A stretch of DNA of 64,000 nt from Eledone cirrhosa. Its lineage: Eukaryota. A model generated the notes under the pieces. The model did not search any database. It saw nothing but the letters and a program-made list of their open reading frames with translations, and was not told the origin of the DNA. Position numbers and translations under genes: made by a program. The stretch spans positions 122,140,001 through 122,204,000 of the forward strand of contig OZ024742.1 in the NCBI GenBank assembly GCA_964016885.1. Direction: 5' to 3'. Below are positions 21,900-37,392 of the stretch, one piece after another. Numbering within the stretch: position 1 is the stretch's first letter; each line of letters starts with the position of its first letter.

Positions 21900-23670
21900 A
21901 TCACTCACTTTCTGATGACTTAGGTTTTGTTGTTTTTAGCTCATTTGGGGTGCTTATTTCAAATATGACATCCATGCTTTCCTAAAACATCATATTTTCA
22001 TTCTAAAGCGCTTCTCTATTTTATCATGCACTATATAATAATATAGTTTACTTAGGATGGATTACTAAGTCTCATAGCTTGCAAAATTGTCATAATGACA
22101 ATAGAATCTGATATGATAGATGAAATATAAAATAACATCATCTTTTATTAAATACATCTTGTGAATTCTCTATTGAAATGGATAAAGCACAAACAGTCGT
22201 ACACTAACCAACATATTCATGGAACAAATGTTCGCTTATAAGAGCCCCTGGAGTGTTTCATGTATATACAGTATGTTTGAATACTCCAATAGTAGTTGCC
22301 ATCATGTGTGTGTTCCATCTACCTTGATATCACTGCTCCACCTTGATATCTTGATGGAAGTGCTCGATCATGCCTCCAAGATTAGCAGGAGTTGGTTCTT
22401 GAGAAAATGAATCTTCATGTTCATGTTGCAGCCTAAAAGACGAAAGCTGTTAAGCATTGTCTCCACCAAATGCTTGTAGTTTGCAGCCTTTTTGCTGTCC
22501 TAAACTCATTTCACAACAGACACAAATAAATCCCATTCTCTTTTTCTCTACGTCAGCCATCGAGCTCGAGAAATCATTAACTTTCTGATTCGGGTCCTGT
22601 CAGAAACACCAGCCTTTATTTCATCATAACTCAGGCCAGGAAATGTTGTACATATGAATTTGAAACAGCCACCCTCCACATTAAAGCTTTGACACACTAC
22701 TTCATTAGTTCTAGTTTCATATGAGGGGGCGGAAAGATGATTTTCTCTCGCTTAGTAAGTGGTATGTGTATGATATTTTCTCTCCAACAGACAAACCTTT
22801 TCCAACTGACCAGTGCTTCTGTTCCCAATGTTTGTCAATCGCTCGGCTATCCCATAAACACTGGAAACACGAATATTTTGTATACCCGCATTGTTGGCAA
22901 ATTAAAAAGTTGACCATTTTCAGATCCACATATATATCCTATTTGTGGTTATCGTACTTCAGTAAATCTAAAGTAGCTTTTATGTTTTCATACTTCTCTT
23001 TTAATTGCACAGAGTGACCAATAGGAATTGCACCTAACAAATTTCCATTATGAAGTAAAGGTCGAGGTTAACTTTGCCTTTCATCCTTACGGGGTATATA
23101 AAATAAAGTATTAGTAAAGTACTGGGTAATTGCTGGCCTTGTGCCAAAAGTAGAAACAATTATGAAGTAATACACATTTTAGTCTCTTCTTTGAACTATC
23201 TATAAAGAGTCTCCATTCATGAGGATCATACTGTAGAGAACCCATGGCTTTCAACTGCCGTGCCACGCCACAAGAGTAAGCACATTTTTTTTCAGTTTTA
23301 AAGAATGCCAAGAGAACTTTTTCTCTGTTCAGATAAAAAGTTACATTTCTTCCTTTCTGCAGCATGTTGTTCTAGAAGCTAACAGTCCTGCTAATACTTT
23401 TGGCAGGCCTAAGTCTAACTAAATCGTTCAGCTCTGCATGGTTGAAGTTTTCATGTTCCTTGGTTGCTGTATCTACAAAGTGTGTATTACTGTTATGTTT
23501 ATCATTTTCATCTGATATGTGAAGATAATTCTGTGTAAATGGGTACTGATACTTCCAATGAGTGAAGCAAAGAAATCTTGACGTGATAGAAAATGTAGTG
23601 TCATTTTAAAACTCAGTGGCCCCAAATTACTTAGGTCAGCAGTAAAAAAGCAACATTTTGATGACCAGTG
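21900..23670 (-). mobile_element. Decayed CMC-Chapaev3-like DNA transposon
   Basis: EWRLFIDSSK..LKCVLLHNGN, DLKMVNFL..QQCGYTKYSCFQCLWDSRA, PLHMKLELMK, frame-broken; terminus ...GACCAGTG at 23670. Confidence 0.7.
23059..23160 (+). mobile_element. 5'-truncated MetaSINE-like insertion with 12-bp TSD (attatgaagtaa)
   Basis: TSD at 23047-23058 and 23159-23170; removing the insert restores the transposase segment CVLLHNGNLLGAIPIGHS. Confidence 0.85.
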
Positions 23671-23899
23671 TAATTTTATGTGCGTTATAGGTTTTTAAAA
23701 TAAATCTGCATTACAACTGTGTTTGGGAGATAGATGTATTGAGACGATATCAAACTCCCATTTCCAAAATAAATCTGTCACAAAGTAGGTATGTTTTATT
23801 ATAATCATAGAAAATCGGAAGAGAGGGAGTGGAATAGAGATGTGTTTATTACATAACGAATTTTTCTACAATGATCAGACTCAGAACCACTCAGTATGT

Positions 23900-24170
23900 A
23901 CTTGTACAACTTCACTCTATATGACAGAAACCATCACTGCATATGTTATGTGTAATATTAATATGCGAGAAAGGAAAAGCATATATGACTTGAGAGTGAA
24001 GATGGGTGGAGAATTAGATATAGTATGCAGGAATGAAGACTGTGGTGATATGGCTATGTGCTGCATATAGATGATCAGCTTTGTGTAAAGAATTGTCAAG
24101 AAATCCCAGTGGAAGGGAACTGGGTGTAGAAGGAAACCAAGGAAGACCTAGACACAAACCTCATGAAGCT
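23900..24170 (+). pseudogene. RTE LINE 3' remnant
   Basis: Resembles the RTE C-terminal 'RRLRWYGHV...VEG..GRPRKTW' region, degraded. Confidence 0.5.
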
Positions 24171-24774
24171 AGGCAGCTTTAAAACCAGTCCGTCACGTTC
24201 TATTTGTACCTGCCTCGCAACAATCTTAAAACCAGAATTTAAATAAAAATATTATCTGCACCCCATCTCCTTTTCTTTCGTTTCTCGATTCCTTTTTATT
24301 TTTATTTCCATTTCCTTTTTACTCGTTCCCTTTAATAGTCTTTATTTTTGTATAAACAGCTTTGTACAATAAAGTAAGTTAATGTACTCATCATTATTAA
24401 AAAGCAATCAAACATTGCCCCTGTAGGAGCAAAGGAAACAGATAAACAAAAACAAATTAAGTAAATATGTTGAAAGTTGTAGAATTATAATTTTGGCCAC
24501 AGTTTAATAAGAGATGTGAAGTGTACACAATTAAGTTATGTTTATTAACAGTTGTTTGTTGAGTTTTACCTTGACAATGTATCGTTACGGCTCATTAACT
24601 ACTGTCGTAGTTGTATCATTGACCCAGTTGATGGACCGTTTTGTAGTTACGATACCGGACGTATAGCAAGGTAAATGAAAGTATGTATAGACGTAGAATG
24701 GTAAATAATTTACGCCAGGTTAACTACAATACAATAAACCGAATTACGCGCGCGCGCAGATACACACACTCACA

Positions 24775-25570
<796 letters not shown>

Positions 25571-25629
25571 GGGATGCATACGAATGTATACACCAAATAC
25601 ACATAAAAATATATATAAAAGAAAAAAAA

Positions 25630-25660
<31 letters not shown>

Positions 25661-26050
25661 CGTGTATACAGATAATTAAATAAACGTATATAAATACATA
25701 AATACGTATATAACAAGCACACACACATATCTACATGTAAATACACTTATGTTCGGAGACGACGTCAACCAAAACACGAAGTACACATATACACACACCC
25801 TACATACGTACGAACCCGCATACTCACACAGACGCAAAACACACGTATACACATAACCAAAACCATATGTACCAGAAAAAATAATATATACGCCATAACA
25901 TATACAATCAAATATACGTACGAGAAAGTATACGTACCTTCACAAAACATACATGTAATATATACTTACCTATACAAATAAATAATGGTTTAAACATAAC
26001 ATATACTTAGCTACCACATCAAGACGTAAAATATCCGCGTATAGTTCGTA

Positions 26051-26395
26051 CTATCCGTTAGGGTATAAAGTGGGGCTGTAATACAGGAAAGTTTTGTGCA
26101 ATTTATGTTTACAAGCCGAAATTGTCTCAGATTTGTTGTTTAAGATGTGGTCTTTGGCGTAGAGTATTTCCAGGACCTCAGCGGCGCAGAGGTCACATGG
26201 TCTTTTATTTCCGTTATACGATCTAGCGCTACCAAGGATCTCCCAGTGTAACTTATATTGGGTGTGGTTGTCTTTTAGACTCCAGATATAAGCTGAAAGT
26301 GACGTCATATTCCTTCTTAAAGCGTAACGAAAAGAATGGGTATGCATGTAAAGACGCTGCTTGAATCTATTGGCGGTTAACTCTATGTAGGCCCT
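26051..26395 (-). pseudogene. PLE GIY-YIG C-terminal half (possibly Nematis-like)
   Basis: YIELTANRFKQRLYMHTHSF...TSLSAYIWSLKD...W.IL...CDLC..E...LNNKSETISACKH. Confidence 0.8.
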
Positions 26396-27154
26396 GTACT
26401 TCGTGTTTCGTTTGACGTACGCCTTCGAACATAAGTGCATTTACATGTAGGTATGTGTGTGCGCTTGTTATATAGCTATTTATTTATTTATTTATATACG
26501 TTTATTTAATTATATGTATACACGCACACACACACACATAAAAAATATATATATAAAAAAATATATATATATATGTGTGTATTTGGTGTATACATTCGTA
26601 TGCGTGCGGGTACAGGCGTTGCGTGGGTTCTGTACGTGCGTGTGTTTTTTTTTGTTTTTTTTTGTGTGTACGTCCGTGTATTTGTATACCCATGGCGCGT
26701 GTTGTCGCGTATGCTTGTGTATGTACGTATATGGATGCGTGTATGTATTTATTTAATTTCATTCACCTCTGTATTTTATTTACTCTGAAGTCGAGAATCA
26801 TTCGGTTTCCTAGTTAGAATTTTAGTCTGCGACATCAGTTATACCATTTACGTGGTTTTGTCTTTGCGTGCAATTATTCTTCCCGCCCCACATATGACGT
26901 ATTATTTTCGTTTTTTCCGGTTATTGCCAGAGAACGTCTCTATGAACCACCTAAAAGAATATTAGTCTACGACTTCTTTTATACCATAAACGTGGTTTTG
27001 TCTTTGCGTGTAATTGTTTTTCACCGCTCCAAATAATGACGTATTGTATTCGTTTTTTCCCGTTCTTTGCCAGGGAACGTTTCCAATAACCAAAGTATCG
27101 TCTTCCTGTCTTCCTCCGGTTGCAACGTTTTTTGAAATATTCACTTCTGCGTTC

Positions 27155-27230
27155 ACAGATTGACTTTGTTAGTTTCAGAAGATCCCGTTAAAGGTGAAAG
27201 CACCGATTCTTTGCTTAAACTTTAATCTGT
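27155..27230 (+). ncRNA. Type I hammerhead with extended stem I; core mutated in this copy
   Basis: cagatt..agttt CAGAAGA tcccgttaaaggt GAA gcaccgattctttgc TT aaact tt aatctg; the copy at 10009 has intact CTGAAGA and GAAA boxes. Confidence 0.65.
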
Positions 27231-27232
27231 TA

Positions 27233-27542
<310 letters not shown>

Positions 27543-28661
27543 ATGTCAGTTAGGTGTGTAACGACAGGTACGGGCGGCGCATCGTTCGAAGCACTAATTA
27601 CTGTTTCGTCTCGTGTGTGTTGTATTCCAGAGTTAAGTCGTTTGTTGTGTGCAGAGTATAAACAGCTTATGTAGAATAGAAATCAGTGTTGCAACATATA
27701 TAGAAATTTTATTGGCATACTACAATTGTTTCGATATCGAAAGAATTGTAGTATGTCAATAAAGTGTGTACATACGCTGCAACGCTGTCTTCGATCACCC
27801 CCCCCCCCGCTCTCTCTCTCTCTCTCTATGTATATATATAATTTCTTAGTTTGAAGGTCACGCAGTCTCAATTCATGAGTTGGAGAAGTCTGGTTTTGTA
27901 ACTATTATCGTGATTTCGCTAATTTAAGCTATAATTCTAAATTCAGTTGTCCATTTTAAATTATATTTTATATACTATAATGAATGATTCGTTTGTTTAA
28001 TTTCAGTTTAAACTTATTTCCTTCATTGACTGCAGGTTGATCGAATTACATTTTTATGTGGTTAGATGACCGATAGACGTCGCGGATGATGGATGTGTAT
28101 TTGTTTACCTAGTAATTAGTATGATTAATAATTTAATGAGTTACAACGAACATGGTCATACTATAATAATATAACTGATAGCTGCAATTTTCAATACTGA
28201 AAATAGACAGTGGAAGCTGGTTTGAGACGTTCGAACTTTAATAGTGAAGCGATCGGTTGGTTATTAATAATATTTAATCTTAATTACATTAAGATATTAC
28301 AATTGTTGAGGTATGGTAATTTTCGATTTTTGATTTCAGTTTAGGATTTAAACCCCGGTTATATATTTCAGGATTTTATGGCTTTGATATTCAATATTTT
28401 TCGTGGATGATTTGGGTCGCAATAGAAGTTGCTCTAATGTGTAGAATTATTTCTCACTTTCTTAAATGGTACTTGTAATTTTATGGTGTCTTGGCTAATT
28501 AAGGTTAGCTTTTACTTCAGAGTTTCTATATGTTGTTGGTTGTAGTGGACAATGTTGTAGTGTGCAATTCGTCACAGTTTTGTAATTGTTGTATTCTATT
28601 TTGGTATTATGTGTGGTATGTCTGTTATAGTTTAGGTTTTCTTTGTACATTTAGTTGATAT

Positions 28662-28662
<1 letters not shown>

Positions 28663-28717
<55 letters not shown>

Positions 28718-28800
28718 TTATATATATATATATATATATATGTATTATATACATATATATATATCTCTATATATATATCTCTCTCTCTATATATATATAT

Positions 28801-28888
<88 letters not shown>
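28663..28888. repeat. (CA)n/(TA)n compound microsatellite
   Basis: Seen directly. Confidence 0.95.
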
Positions 28889-29799
28889 TTATATGACTTG
28901 GATAATTTAAGTCATTCGTTACACCAGGTGGTATGCTGAGAAACTTAGGATTGCATGGATTCACAACCCCACAGCTATGATGCGGAGGTATTGATCCGAA
29001 CATGAGACTGGAGTGGATGGTATTGTAATCGTAAGGGGTAACACGGACGAATATATATATATATATATATGAGTGTATGCGCGTGTACGTGGGTCTATGT
29101 AGACTTACACACACACGCACATACGCAAACGTTATATTCTACTGATATCCATGATGATTGCTTTCACCTGCTTCCACTACGCTTTGCTTTAGCGACCTAT
29201 ATGTTCTGTGAACCACACAGATAAATTGCATTTGAACGCCACCTACAACACTTGTTGCCATACTGTGATGGATACTTGGAATTCCACTATATGATCGCTT
29301 TATCTGACTCCCGCTATATCTGATATCTGACTCTGCCTACATCATTCACTTTCGTTGATATTATTCTTAAAGTGTCACCTCTGAAATCCTTTACTATATT
29401 ACTATAACTATATTTATTTGCATTTATTTGCATTGCTTATATAATGTGTTATCTTTTATGTTTCATTTTATTTTGTTCTTTATTTTTATCACCTCCTATT
29501 TTTATTCTCATATTTTATTCTCATTTTTCTTTTTATTATTTTTTATTAATTTTTTATATTTTCTTATATTATCATCACTTTATTGTTATCTTTATTTAAT
29601 CCTTACTTCTAGACTCTACCCTTTACGTTTTATCTCTTATCTTTAATTTCCTTTTTTTATTTTTCCTTATCTTTAATTATTGTAACTGATTTTTGTCTTA
29701 TATGTATCGGCTTCTAGCGGAGACGCGTCGTCCAAGCACCCTACTCTTCTTAGTCCTCTATGCTACATATGGTCGGTAGAGTTTATACTATTGAACTAA

Positions 29800-29848
29800 T
29801 TCCTCTGATGAGTCCTGCAATTATGCAAGGACGAAACACTATCAGCAA
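29800..29848 (+). ncRNA. Minimal hammerhead motif at the end of a pLTR-like segment before (TA)n
   Basis: ttcct CTGATGA gtcc tgca atta tgca a ggac GAAA cacta TC agcaa; one mismatch each in stems I and III. Confidence 0.65.
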
Positions 29849-29890
29849 ATAAAGATTAATTGATGATGTAAGCACTCTTTGTTTTTGTTT

Positions 29891-29952
<62 letters not shown>

Positions 29953-32900
29953 ATATAGCAACAATAGCTGGCGGGACTGGAAACTTTGCTTTAGAATTTT
30001 AATTGCACGAAATCAGTATACATATTTGGGTGGCCTAGCTTCATCATCCAATTATGATGCATGATAGGACGATGTCAACAGGCGTTATTCGCAGAATTAG
30101 TCAACGGGATTACGTTGAAGCCAAAAATATGATGGAATCCAGAGAAATGAAAACATTAGTTTCTTTGCAGGAAATTGCCGAATGGAAATTTTCAATTTTC
30201 TATTTTCACTCGGCACCGGTTTGATAAGACCTTTGTAATAAATTGTCTAGCGCTGAGGGCGGCTCCCTCTCATCCGATGATCACGCCAACCCCCAGGTGC
30301 CCTGGTCTGAGATACTCGCCTAGCTTTGATGCAAAACCTCCTCGGTGTCGTTAGACGTGACTACTCTGACGGTAACCAAGACATCAACCTGGACTAATTT
30401 GGTGTTTACGCATTCGTGTAAACGGTTTGGGCTAGCATCAGGAGTGGAGGACTGTGGTTATAGGATTGTGTGGAGTGTGGTCTGCTTAAACATACTGGGT
30501 AAGGACATATGCCCGAAGGTCGAGATGTTGGCCCTGAACAAGGCCGCTGCCGACAAACCACGTCGATCGGCAGCAGAGTCGGGGATACCCTAGTGAGTGA
30601 AACGAAATAAAACAATGACAGTGCCGATCGGTGTCTAATGCTTTGCCGATGGAAGCTATGCGGGTATAAACCACTGACACTTAGACAGATTTCAGGTTCT
30701 TGAGAGGGATCTTCCGGAGTCGTCTGAACCGAGTGATGTTGATTAGTGACGGTTGGGTGTCGGACAGGCGTGCAGTATCGTCTGGGCGTGTAGTGGGGGA
30801 CTGAAGCTGCTCAGACGAGAAGAGGCAGCTGATGTAGTTCCACGTTGGGAGTTCGTTCAAGGTTCGCATGCTGAACAGTTCTGGCTTCTCTTCCGCCTGT
30901 TGATGATAGCGCATGTGCTGCAGGTAGCTCCTTGTGAAGGTGGGGGTTGGTGTGGCAAATTGTGGGTTGGGGTGTTGTTCAGTAACACTGGTGTTGACAT
31001 GTCGTTTAAGTTGGGGCACTGGGTGGGTGGGGGATGAATTTGGTGTGCGGACGGCTGCGGGTTTGCTGCATGGTTCTGATTAGTGTAGGAATGGACTCGT
31101 CTTTGCATGTATGTATGTGAGTGAGTCAGTGTGTGCATGTGTGTGTGTGTGTGTGTGTGTGTGTTTGAAGAAGTAAGAAAAAGGGGTGGTGAATGTAATG
31201 TAATGTGTGCAAGAATGTAATGTAAAAGCCAGCTTGACACAAATCGTCACGCTGATTCCACCTGAGAAATATATCAAACTCACACGTATGTGTGGAATGA
31301 ACAGTTATATACTTGTCAGTTTCATGAGTGGGTAGATCGCCTCTAACATCCTAAAATGAAGGAATAAATAAATAAATAAAAATGAGTCTGTGAATCCTGG
31401 AAAACTGTTAGTCAGTTGTTGAAAAAGAGGGGAGGGGTGACACTTTAAATTTACTTTACACTCCCTTTGCTTTGCTCCGCTTTCAAAACCAAATGGTTCG
31501 ACGGTTGGGTTATGTTCTAATGTTGTATGCGCCGGCGAAAGCAGCTTGATGACTGTTGTTGAATTCTTTGAAGAGAGGACTGCTTCATCATTGGTTGGAG
31601 TGGTAATGGTGGCAGTAAAGGCTGGCAACAATGATAATAATTGGTTTCTTGTGGTAGTTGGTGATAGAGGGGGAGGATAGGAAGATATGACTTCTTCATC
31701 TGTAATTCTAGAGGTAGTAGTAGTAGTAGATGTTGACAGTGATGATGTTTTGTCGCTTGTGGTAGTTTGAGATAGTATGGAATTTGAAAAGCTGGAATGT
31801 GAAGGATAGTTGTTGTTGACCTGGTCACTCTGTGACAAGGGCTGCTGGTTTGGTTGTTGTTGTTCTTCATTCTGTGGTTGTTGTTTTAGTTGGTCCAGCT
31901 GTTCCGGTTGAACAATATTTTAATTTTTTAAATTGTGTTCAAGTTCTTTAAAATGCCTGTGCATTGTTTTGAAGGATATCTTAAAATGCGTCAGTTACCT
32001 CAAAAGCTGTTTCTAAGAATGCGTTTTTTTTTATGTTTAAGATGATTTCTTTTTTGTCAATGTTCTTCGGACAAGAAGCGTTTTCTGTTTGAGAAAGAAA
32101 AAAACTATGAATTTATTAGAATGTTGATTTCGTTCTCCGACAATTTTTAAATATTATTATTAAAACATTTTGGAGACATGCTGTCTAGTTATCCTCTTAT
32201 ATCTTTTCTTTTGTGTTCTTTACTGTTTTTCTTTTCCTTCTCTCTCGTTTCTTATTCCCGTGTGTATATTTAGGAGCAATGTTTCTGCAGAAATTTATGA
32301 TTCAATAATGAAAGATTGTACTTACAGAATACGCGGATAAAAATATTTGGTTAGAAAATGAATCGATGGCTTGAATCGCCATCATTTATTCCGTATCCAT
32401 ATACTTCATACCCAACTAGTCTCATTTCTAAATTGTTTAGCTTATGATTCTCTTCCTTCGCAATGTTCTTTTAACTTTGAATTGAAAATAATCATTTCAA
32501 AATATAAAGAAAATGAATTATATATTAAACAGAGATCAGGAAAATAGAATATTTGAACACGATATATTTTAATGGTATCAATTCCATATACTCAAATTTC
32601 TCCATAATGTAAAGCTTCTTGAAAGGCTGCAATCCCATATAGCGAGAGGCCGATTTCCATTAATGCCCGATTAATGACATATTAAGGCAGATATAACAGA
32701 ATTGTGTAGGAAGATGTTAGTAAAAAACTAAACCAAGTAGTCTTTTGACTGTGTTGTCTTAACTTTGTAAAAACCATTGATGTAAATAATTCAATTATTT
32801 GATTTCCTATTTTGCGAGTGGTAACACGCGGTTGTATGTGTTGCTGCTGACTTACAATACATTGACATTTGTATGTACCCTATTTAAATAAGCTGGTTTT

Positions 32901-33199
32901 CATTATGAATAATAATAAAAAAAAAAATAAAAAAATACATTTGTATGTGGTGCTCGACATGGTCATAATCCTATGAGTGAAACCTCCCAAAGAATATATA
33001 CACTGGAAAACCTTAGACTTACACGCCAATGTCCATATCGTTGGGGAACACTAATCAAGAGAAATTCATCATTAATTTGGTGTAAATTATTTATTAATAA
33101 ATCTGAATGGGACAGCACCACTAGTGTTGTTCTGTTATAATAAATATGTTATCTTGTCTGATTACTAAAATATCCACTCGTGTAGTATATTTTCATTGC

Positions 33200-33660
33200 A
33201 GCCCAGATCTAATGCTAAGTTCTTTTTTGATGAAATCACCCAGAAAAGTCAAATATCATTAATCAGAACATCTGTTGAATAAGTGTTGTATGGATTATTA
33301 TATATATGGACTGACACAAACATTTGAGAAGAAACTAGTTGGTGCATTCACTAAAATCTTTAAGTTTGTACATAACATAAACTGGCGTCAACGTATTTCA
33401 AATAAAGTTTTATACAGGAACTTGCGCAAGATACCAACGGTTGCTCAAAAACGGTTACGATTTGCAGGGTATCGCTGGAGAATTAAGCAGGAAGTTATAT
33501 ACAATATTGTGGGAGACACAGTAGAGGAAGACCTGCTCGAACATTCATCGATCAACTCTTAGACTATACAAGCCTCTAATAGGGAGCAGTTGAAAATAGG
33601 AGCAATGGAAAATAGTCAATTATGGAAAGTTCGACTGTGGTCGCAATGATGATGATGATT
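33200..33660 (+). pseudogene. RTE LINE 3' fragment
   Basis: LTQTFEKKLVGAFTKI..NINWRQRISNKVLYRNL..KRLRFAGYRWR; (GAT)n tail. Confidence 0.75.
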
Positions 33661-34599
33661 GTACTTTACTGGTTCCACTAATTAGTGTGTGATCATACAA
33701 CGGCCTACTCCAAAGTGATTACAGACAATAATAATGACATTGGCCTGTATTTCAGTTTATTCAGTCTAATTAATCGAAATATAAGTTTACTAAATACCTC
33801 AATGCACTTTTATTCCACTATACATCGACACATACTCATCTACATTTGATGATTTATTAATCCCGACTAAGTTCAAATACCTTTCCAAAATGATTTAACC
33901 TTTAATCATTGTAAGGCAGATAATTGATACATTTAACTACTCGGGCAATTAAATCTATTATTCCTTTCCTCATATATTAGTGATATGGCCCTAGTTATAC
34001 ACTGTATTGTGTAATATTATGAAATAAATATATATGCTAACAATAAAAAACAACTAAATACCTACTGTAACTATATTTAAATAATATACAGTTGACTACT
34101 GTATCCTGATTCATTATCTACATTTCATGCTTTCTGGTGAGCTGGGAGTTGGGTGGCGGTTAATCTTTTGCTGCAGTTGAAAAGCCTTCAGTCTAACTTT
34201 TTAGACCAGTGTTTCCTAACAAGTTTTCTGAATTCTGCTTATCCACTTCATATCTGTTCAGCTTTTCGACTATTGTACTTGCTATCATTTTATGATAGCA
34301 TAGCCTTCTGGAGATCTGTTTTCAATTTTGATTTTATCATTTTACTGTTACTGTTTCTTCTGATATATTATTTTCCTAATAATTATCTGTAAATTCGGCT
34401 TCTGGTTTGTATATTTTGGCTTCCTTGAAGATGAAATATTTTTTGTTCGTGTTTCATGGCTATTTGTGTTAACTCTACATTATTATTTTATGGATATTCT
34501 TTGTCTATACAGAGACATCTTTACGGAGATAGCCCCAACCAGCCAGAAATGGACTAAGTTAAAGTTACCAGAAAAGGATGGGGCGGAAGTGGCGAACGC

Positions 34600-35502
34600 G
34601 GGACCGAGGGGGAGGGCTTGGAGACTGGAATGTCTTCAGGCGTTCACAGACCTCAGCCAACCGGGCACTACGATCGGTGGGAATTCCAGCCTGGCGTTCT
34701 ATAGAGGTTTAGTGGAGGGCAAGAAGGACGACGTCTTTAGGGAGATTCTGGGCGTCGACAAAAATCAACAAACCAATGTTTTCCGGAGATCATTCGGGTC
34801 AGGGTCCATGGAAAATTTCCAGAAATCCCTCACCTGGCAGATCTAACGGCATCGAAGTGCCGTCAGCCGGAACTGTCCCAGATGCACACAGGATGATGAA
34901 ACCGTCCTGCACGCACTTGTCGAGTGTCTGAGCATTGCTGACTTGTGGGTTTATGTCGAACACCTGCTCTCACGCCAGGACAGGTCCGACTATCAGCTGA
35001 GTCTATCGTGAAGATTGCTCCGCCGCCTTCCTTTAGCCAAGAAGGGCAGGCAATCTTTATATGCCTGGTGGCCATGGCGAAAGAGGTCGTGGTGCATACG
35101 TTTTTAAAGGGTTGAAGACGAGCACTTACTTCTTCGATGAAGCCCTGATTAACGTTTTCAAAAGTGCTCCCTTCCCAGCAATTTCTTGAAAGATGGGTGA
35201 GAGAGGCGAGCATGTCTCGATTGAATGGAGGTGGACAACTGGGAGAGGGAACGTTTCCTCTTGGTTAGGGTCAAAGTAGCTTCTTTTGGCTTTCCCCACG
35301 AGTGACGCTCGAAAGGCTCCCCACTATTGGGGAATATTCCTGTTTCAATTTATTGTTACAACCATTGTTTTGTTTCTTTTTTTTGGGGGGGGGGGCGTGT
35401 TATACATAAAGAAGCCCATATTTGTACCGTCATGTGCTCTCCTTAATGTATGTTTTTGTAAACCATTTTGTGGTTGGTTAATAAAGAAAACATTATTATT
35501 AT
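34600..35502 (+). mobile_element. 5'-truncated, diverged Tx1-like LINE 3' end
   Basis: AWRLECLQA..MENFQKSLTWQ matches ORF2 of 45550-48969; similar 3' UTR and (ATT)n tail. Confidence 0.85.
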
Positions 35503-35628
35503 TAGTTCAAGTCCCGCCGAGCTTAACAGTGCCTTTCATCCTTACGGGGTCGATAAAATAAAGTTCTAGTAATGCACTGGGATAATTGCTGGCCTTGTGC
35601 CAAAAGTAGATTCAATTATTATTATTAC
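35503..35628 (+). mobile_element. MetaSINE-like fragment starting at the B-box
   Basis: gttcaagtcccgccgag..gcctttcatccttacggggtcgataaaata..ccttgtgccaaaagtaga..(att)n. Confidence 0.85.
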
Positions 35629-36052
35629 TAGCAGAATGGCCCGGCGTTGCTCGGGATTCTAAACATAGATTAGCATGTTTATCCCTCCTTTCTGAAACGG
35701 TTTCGTCGTATGTTCACCAATTGATGCAGAAGTCCTAATAAAAAGTGAAGTCGCCTTGGGTGAATAGGCAAATCATTTTCCATTAAGATTTTTCAAAAGC
35801 ATGTAATTGCGTTCCCTATCTTTTTTGTTGTTTTTGCTGTTGTCGAGCCTCGTGAAATAAATATGTTTGATTATATTATATTATTGTGTATACAAAAACA
35901 TCTGTACACGAATATATAATTATATATATATATTAAAATAAGAGATTAAAGTTTAAGCAAAGAATCGCTGCTTTCACCCTTACCGGGATCTTTTGAAACA
36001 AAAAATCAATCTGTGAGCGCAGAAGTAAATATTTCGTAAAACGTTACACACG

Positions 36053-36100
<48 letters not shown>

Positions 36101-36412
36101 GCACTATATATACATATATATACACACATACAGATAGTGTCATAATGTCGTAATGCATACAGACAGATATTATAAGGGCGCGACGTCTTAGCTATGTATC
36201 TATCTAAAAAGACAGACAAAGAAAGATAGAGAGATCGTTACTGGCGTCTAATGCGCTCCTTAGGGCATTGAACATTTGAAATATGTTTTGCTCAAAACAC
36301 TCACACGACCATACGTATTACATGTGAAATTTTGAAAAAATTCAGTTGGGTGTTTCTCGAATTTTAGAGAGTCAGACAGACAGACAGACATTCTCTGTTT
36401 TAGATATAAAGA
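35628..36412. mobile_element. Non-autonomous Helitron/HINE-like element
   Basis: Starts actagcagaatggcccggcgttgctcggg (short hairpin) and ends (caga)n...ttagatataaagat, as in Lep1/DINE-like elements. Confidence 0.55.
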
Positions 36413-36424
36413 TGATTATTATTG

Positions 36425-37185
36425 TTCTTTAAGTCTCAGTCATTGATGTTATTTAACTGGAAAGTTTGTTGAAATGAATATCAAGCCGCTACCTGCAACC
36501 TCAGATATTCAGGACGTATCGGAGGGTTCCTGCTGTTCCCAGCAAGCATGCTTTTTGAAGTGTTACAAAAAGTGGGGCTGGACTAACTTTCTTTAACACT
36601 CCTTGGAAACTCTTTGAGATAGTACCTAATGCGCCTATGGCAATCGAGACGACTTTCATTTCATGGCAGTTCCAAATCCTTTTTACCTCCCACTTTAAAT
36701 CCTGGTATCGGTTAATTTTCTCCCTCTCCTTCTCTTGCACTCTCGTGTCAAATGGGCAGGCTACATCTACAATCAGGCAATATCTATTTTCCTTGTCCCA
36801 AACCACCAGATCAGGCATATTGTGTTCTAAATTCTTGTCCGTCTGTATCCTAAAATCACATAGCACCTTCACCTGATCGTTTTCTATCACCGACTCTGGC
36901 TTATGCTCATACCACTTCTCAGAATGTGGTAAATTGTTTACTTTGCATAGATGCCAGTGGATCACCCTGCCGATCACATCATGTCTCCAGCCTTTATAGT
37001 GAGTCTGGGTTAGATGTTTACACTCGAATACAATGTGAGCCACAGTCTCCTCTCTCTCTCCACAGATCCTACATAGTGAGCTAGCCTCCTCCTTGTCAAT
37101 ATGGTGTTTCATCCACTTCGTTCTGAGGGCTTGCTCTTGCGCATGCATTAGAATTCCCTGTGTATCTTTTTTAAGGTCTCTTCTT
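36425..37185 (-). mobile_element. 5'-truncated Dong-family copy (CCHC + RLE + 3' UTR), diverged subfamily
   Basis: ORF 36501-37148 is homologous to the C-terminal 215 aa of the Dong ORFs; ATT repeats on both sides. Confidence 0.9.
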
Positions 37186-37198
37186 TATATTATTATTA

Positions 37199-37392
37199 TT
37201 GGCAGTATCGGTAGAGGGTCGGACGCCATGCTTTCCAGCAGAGTTACGTCCCTTTACGATCTGAGTTCAAATCCCGCCGAGGTTGACTTTCCCTTTCATC
37301 CTTACGGGGTCGATAAAATAAAGTACCAGTAATGCACTGGGTAATTTGCTGGCCTTGTGCCAAATGTAGAAACAATTATTATTGTTATTATT
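37199..37392 (+). mobile_element. tRNA-derived MetaSINE-like SINE
   Basis: A-box tggcagtatcgg, B-box gttcaaatcc, core cctttcatccttacggggtcgataaaataaagtaccag, (ATT)n tail. Confidence 0.85.

Noticed and set aside
26396-26440. Start codon of ORF 26051-26440
   Set aside because: The first ~15 codons come from the inverted pLTR, not from the PLE ORF
37199-37280. tRNA gene
   Set aside because: The A and B boxes belong to a SINE head; no cloverleaf
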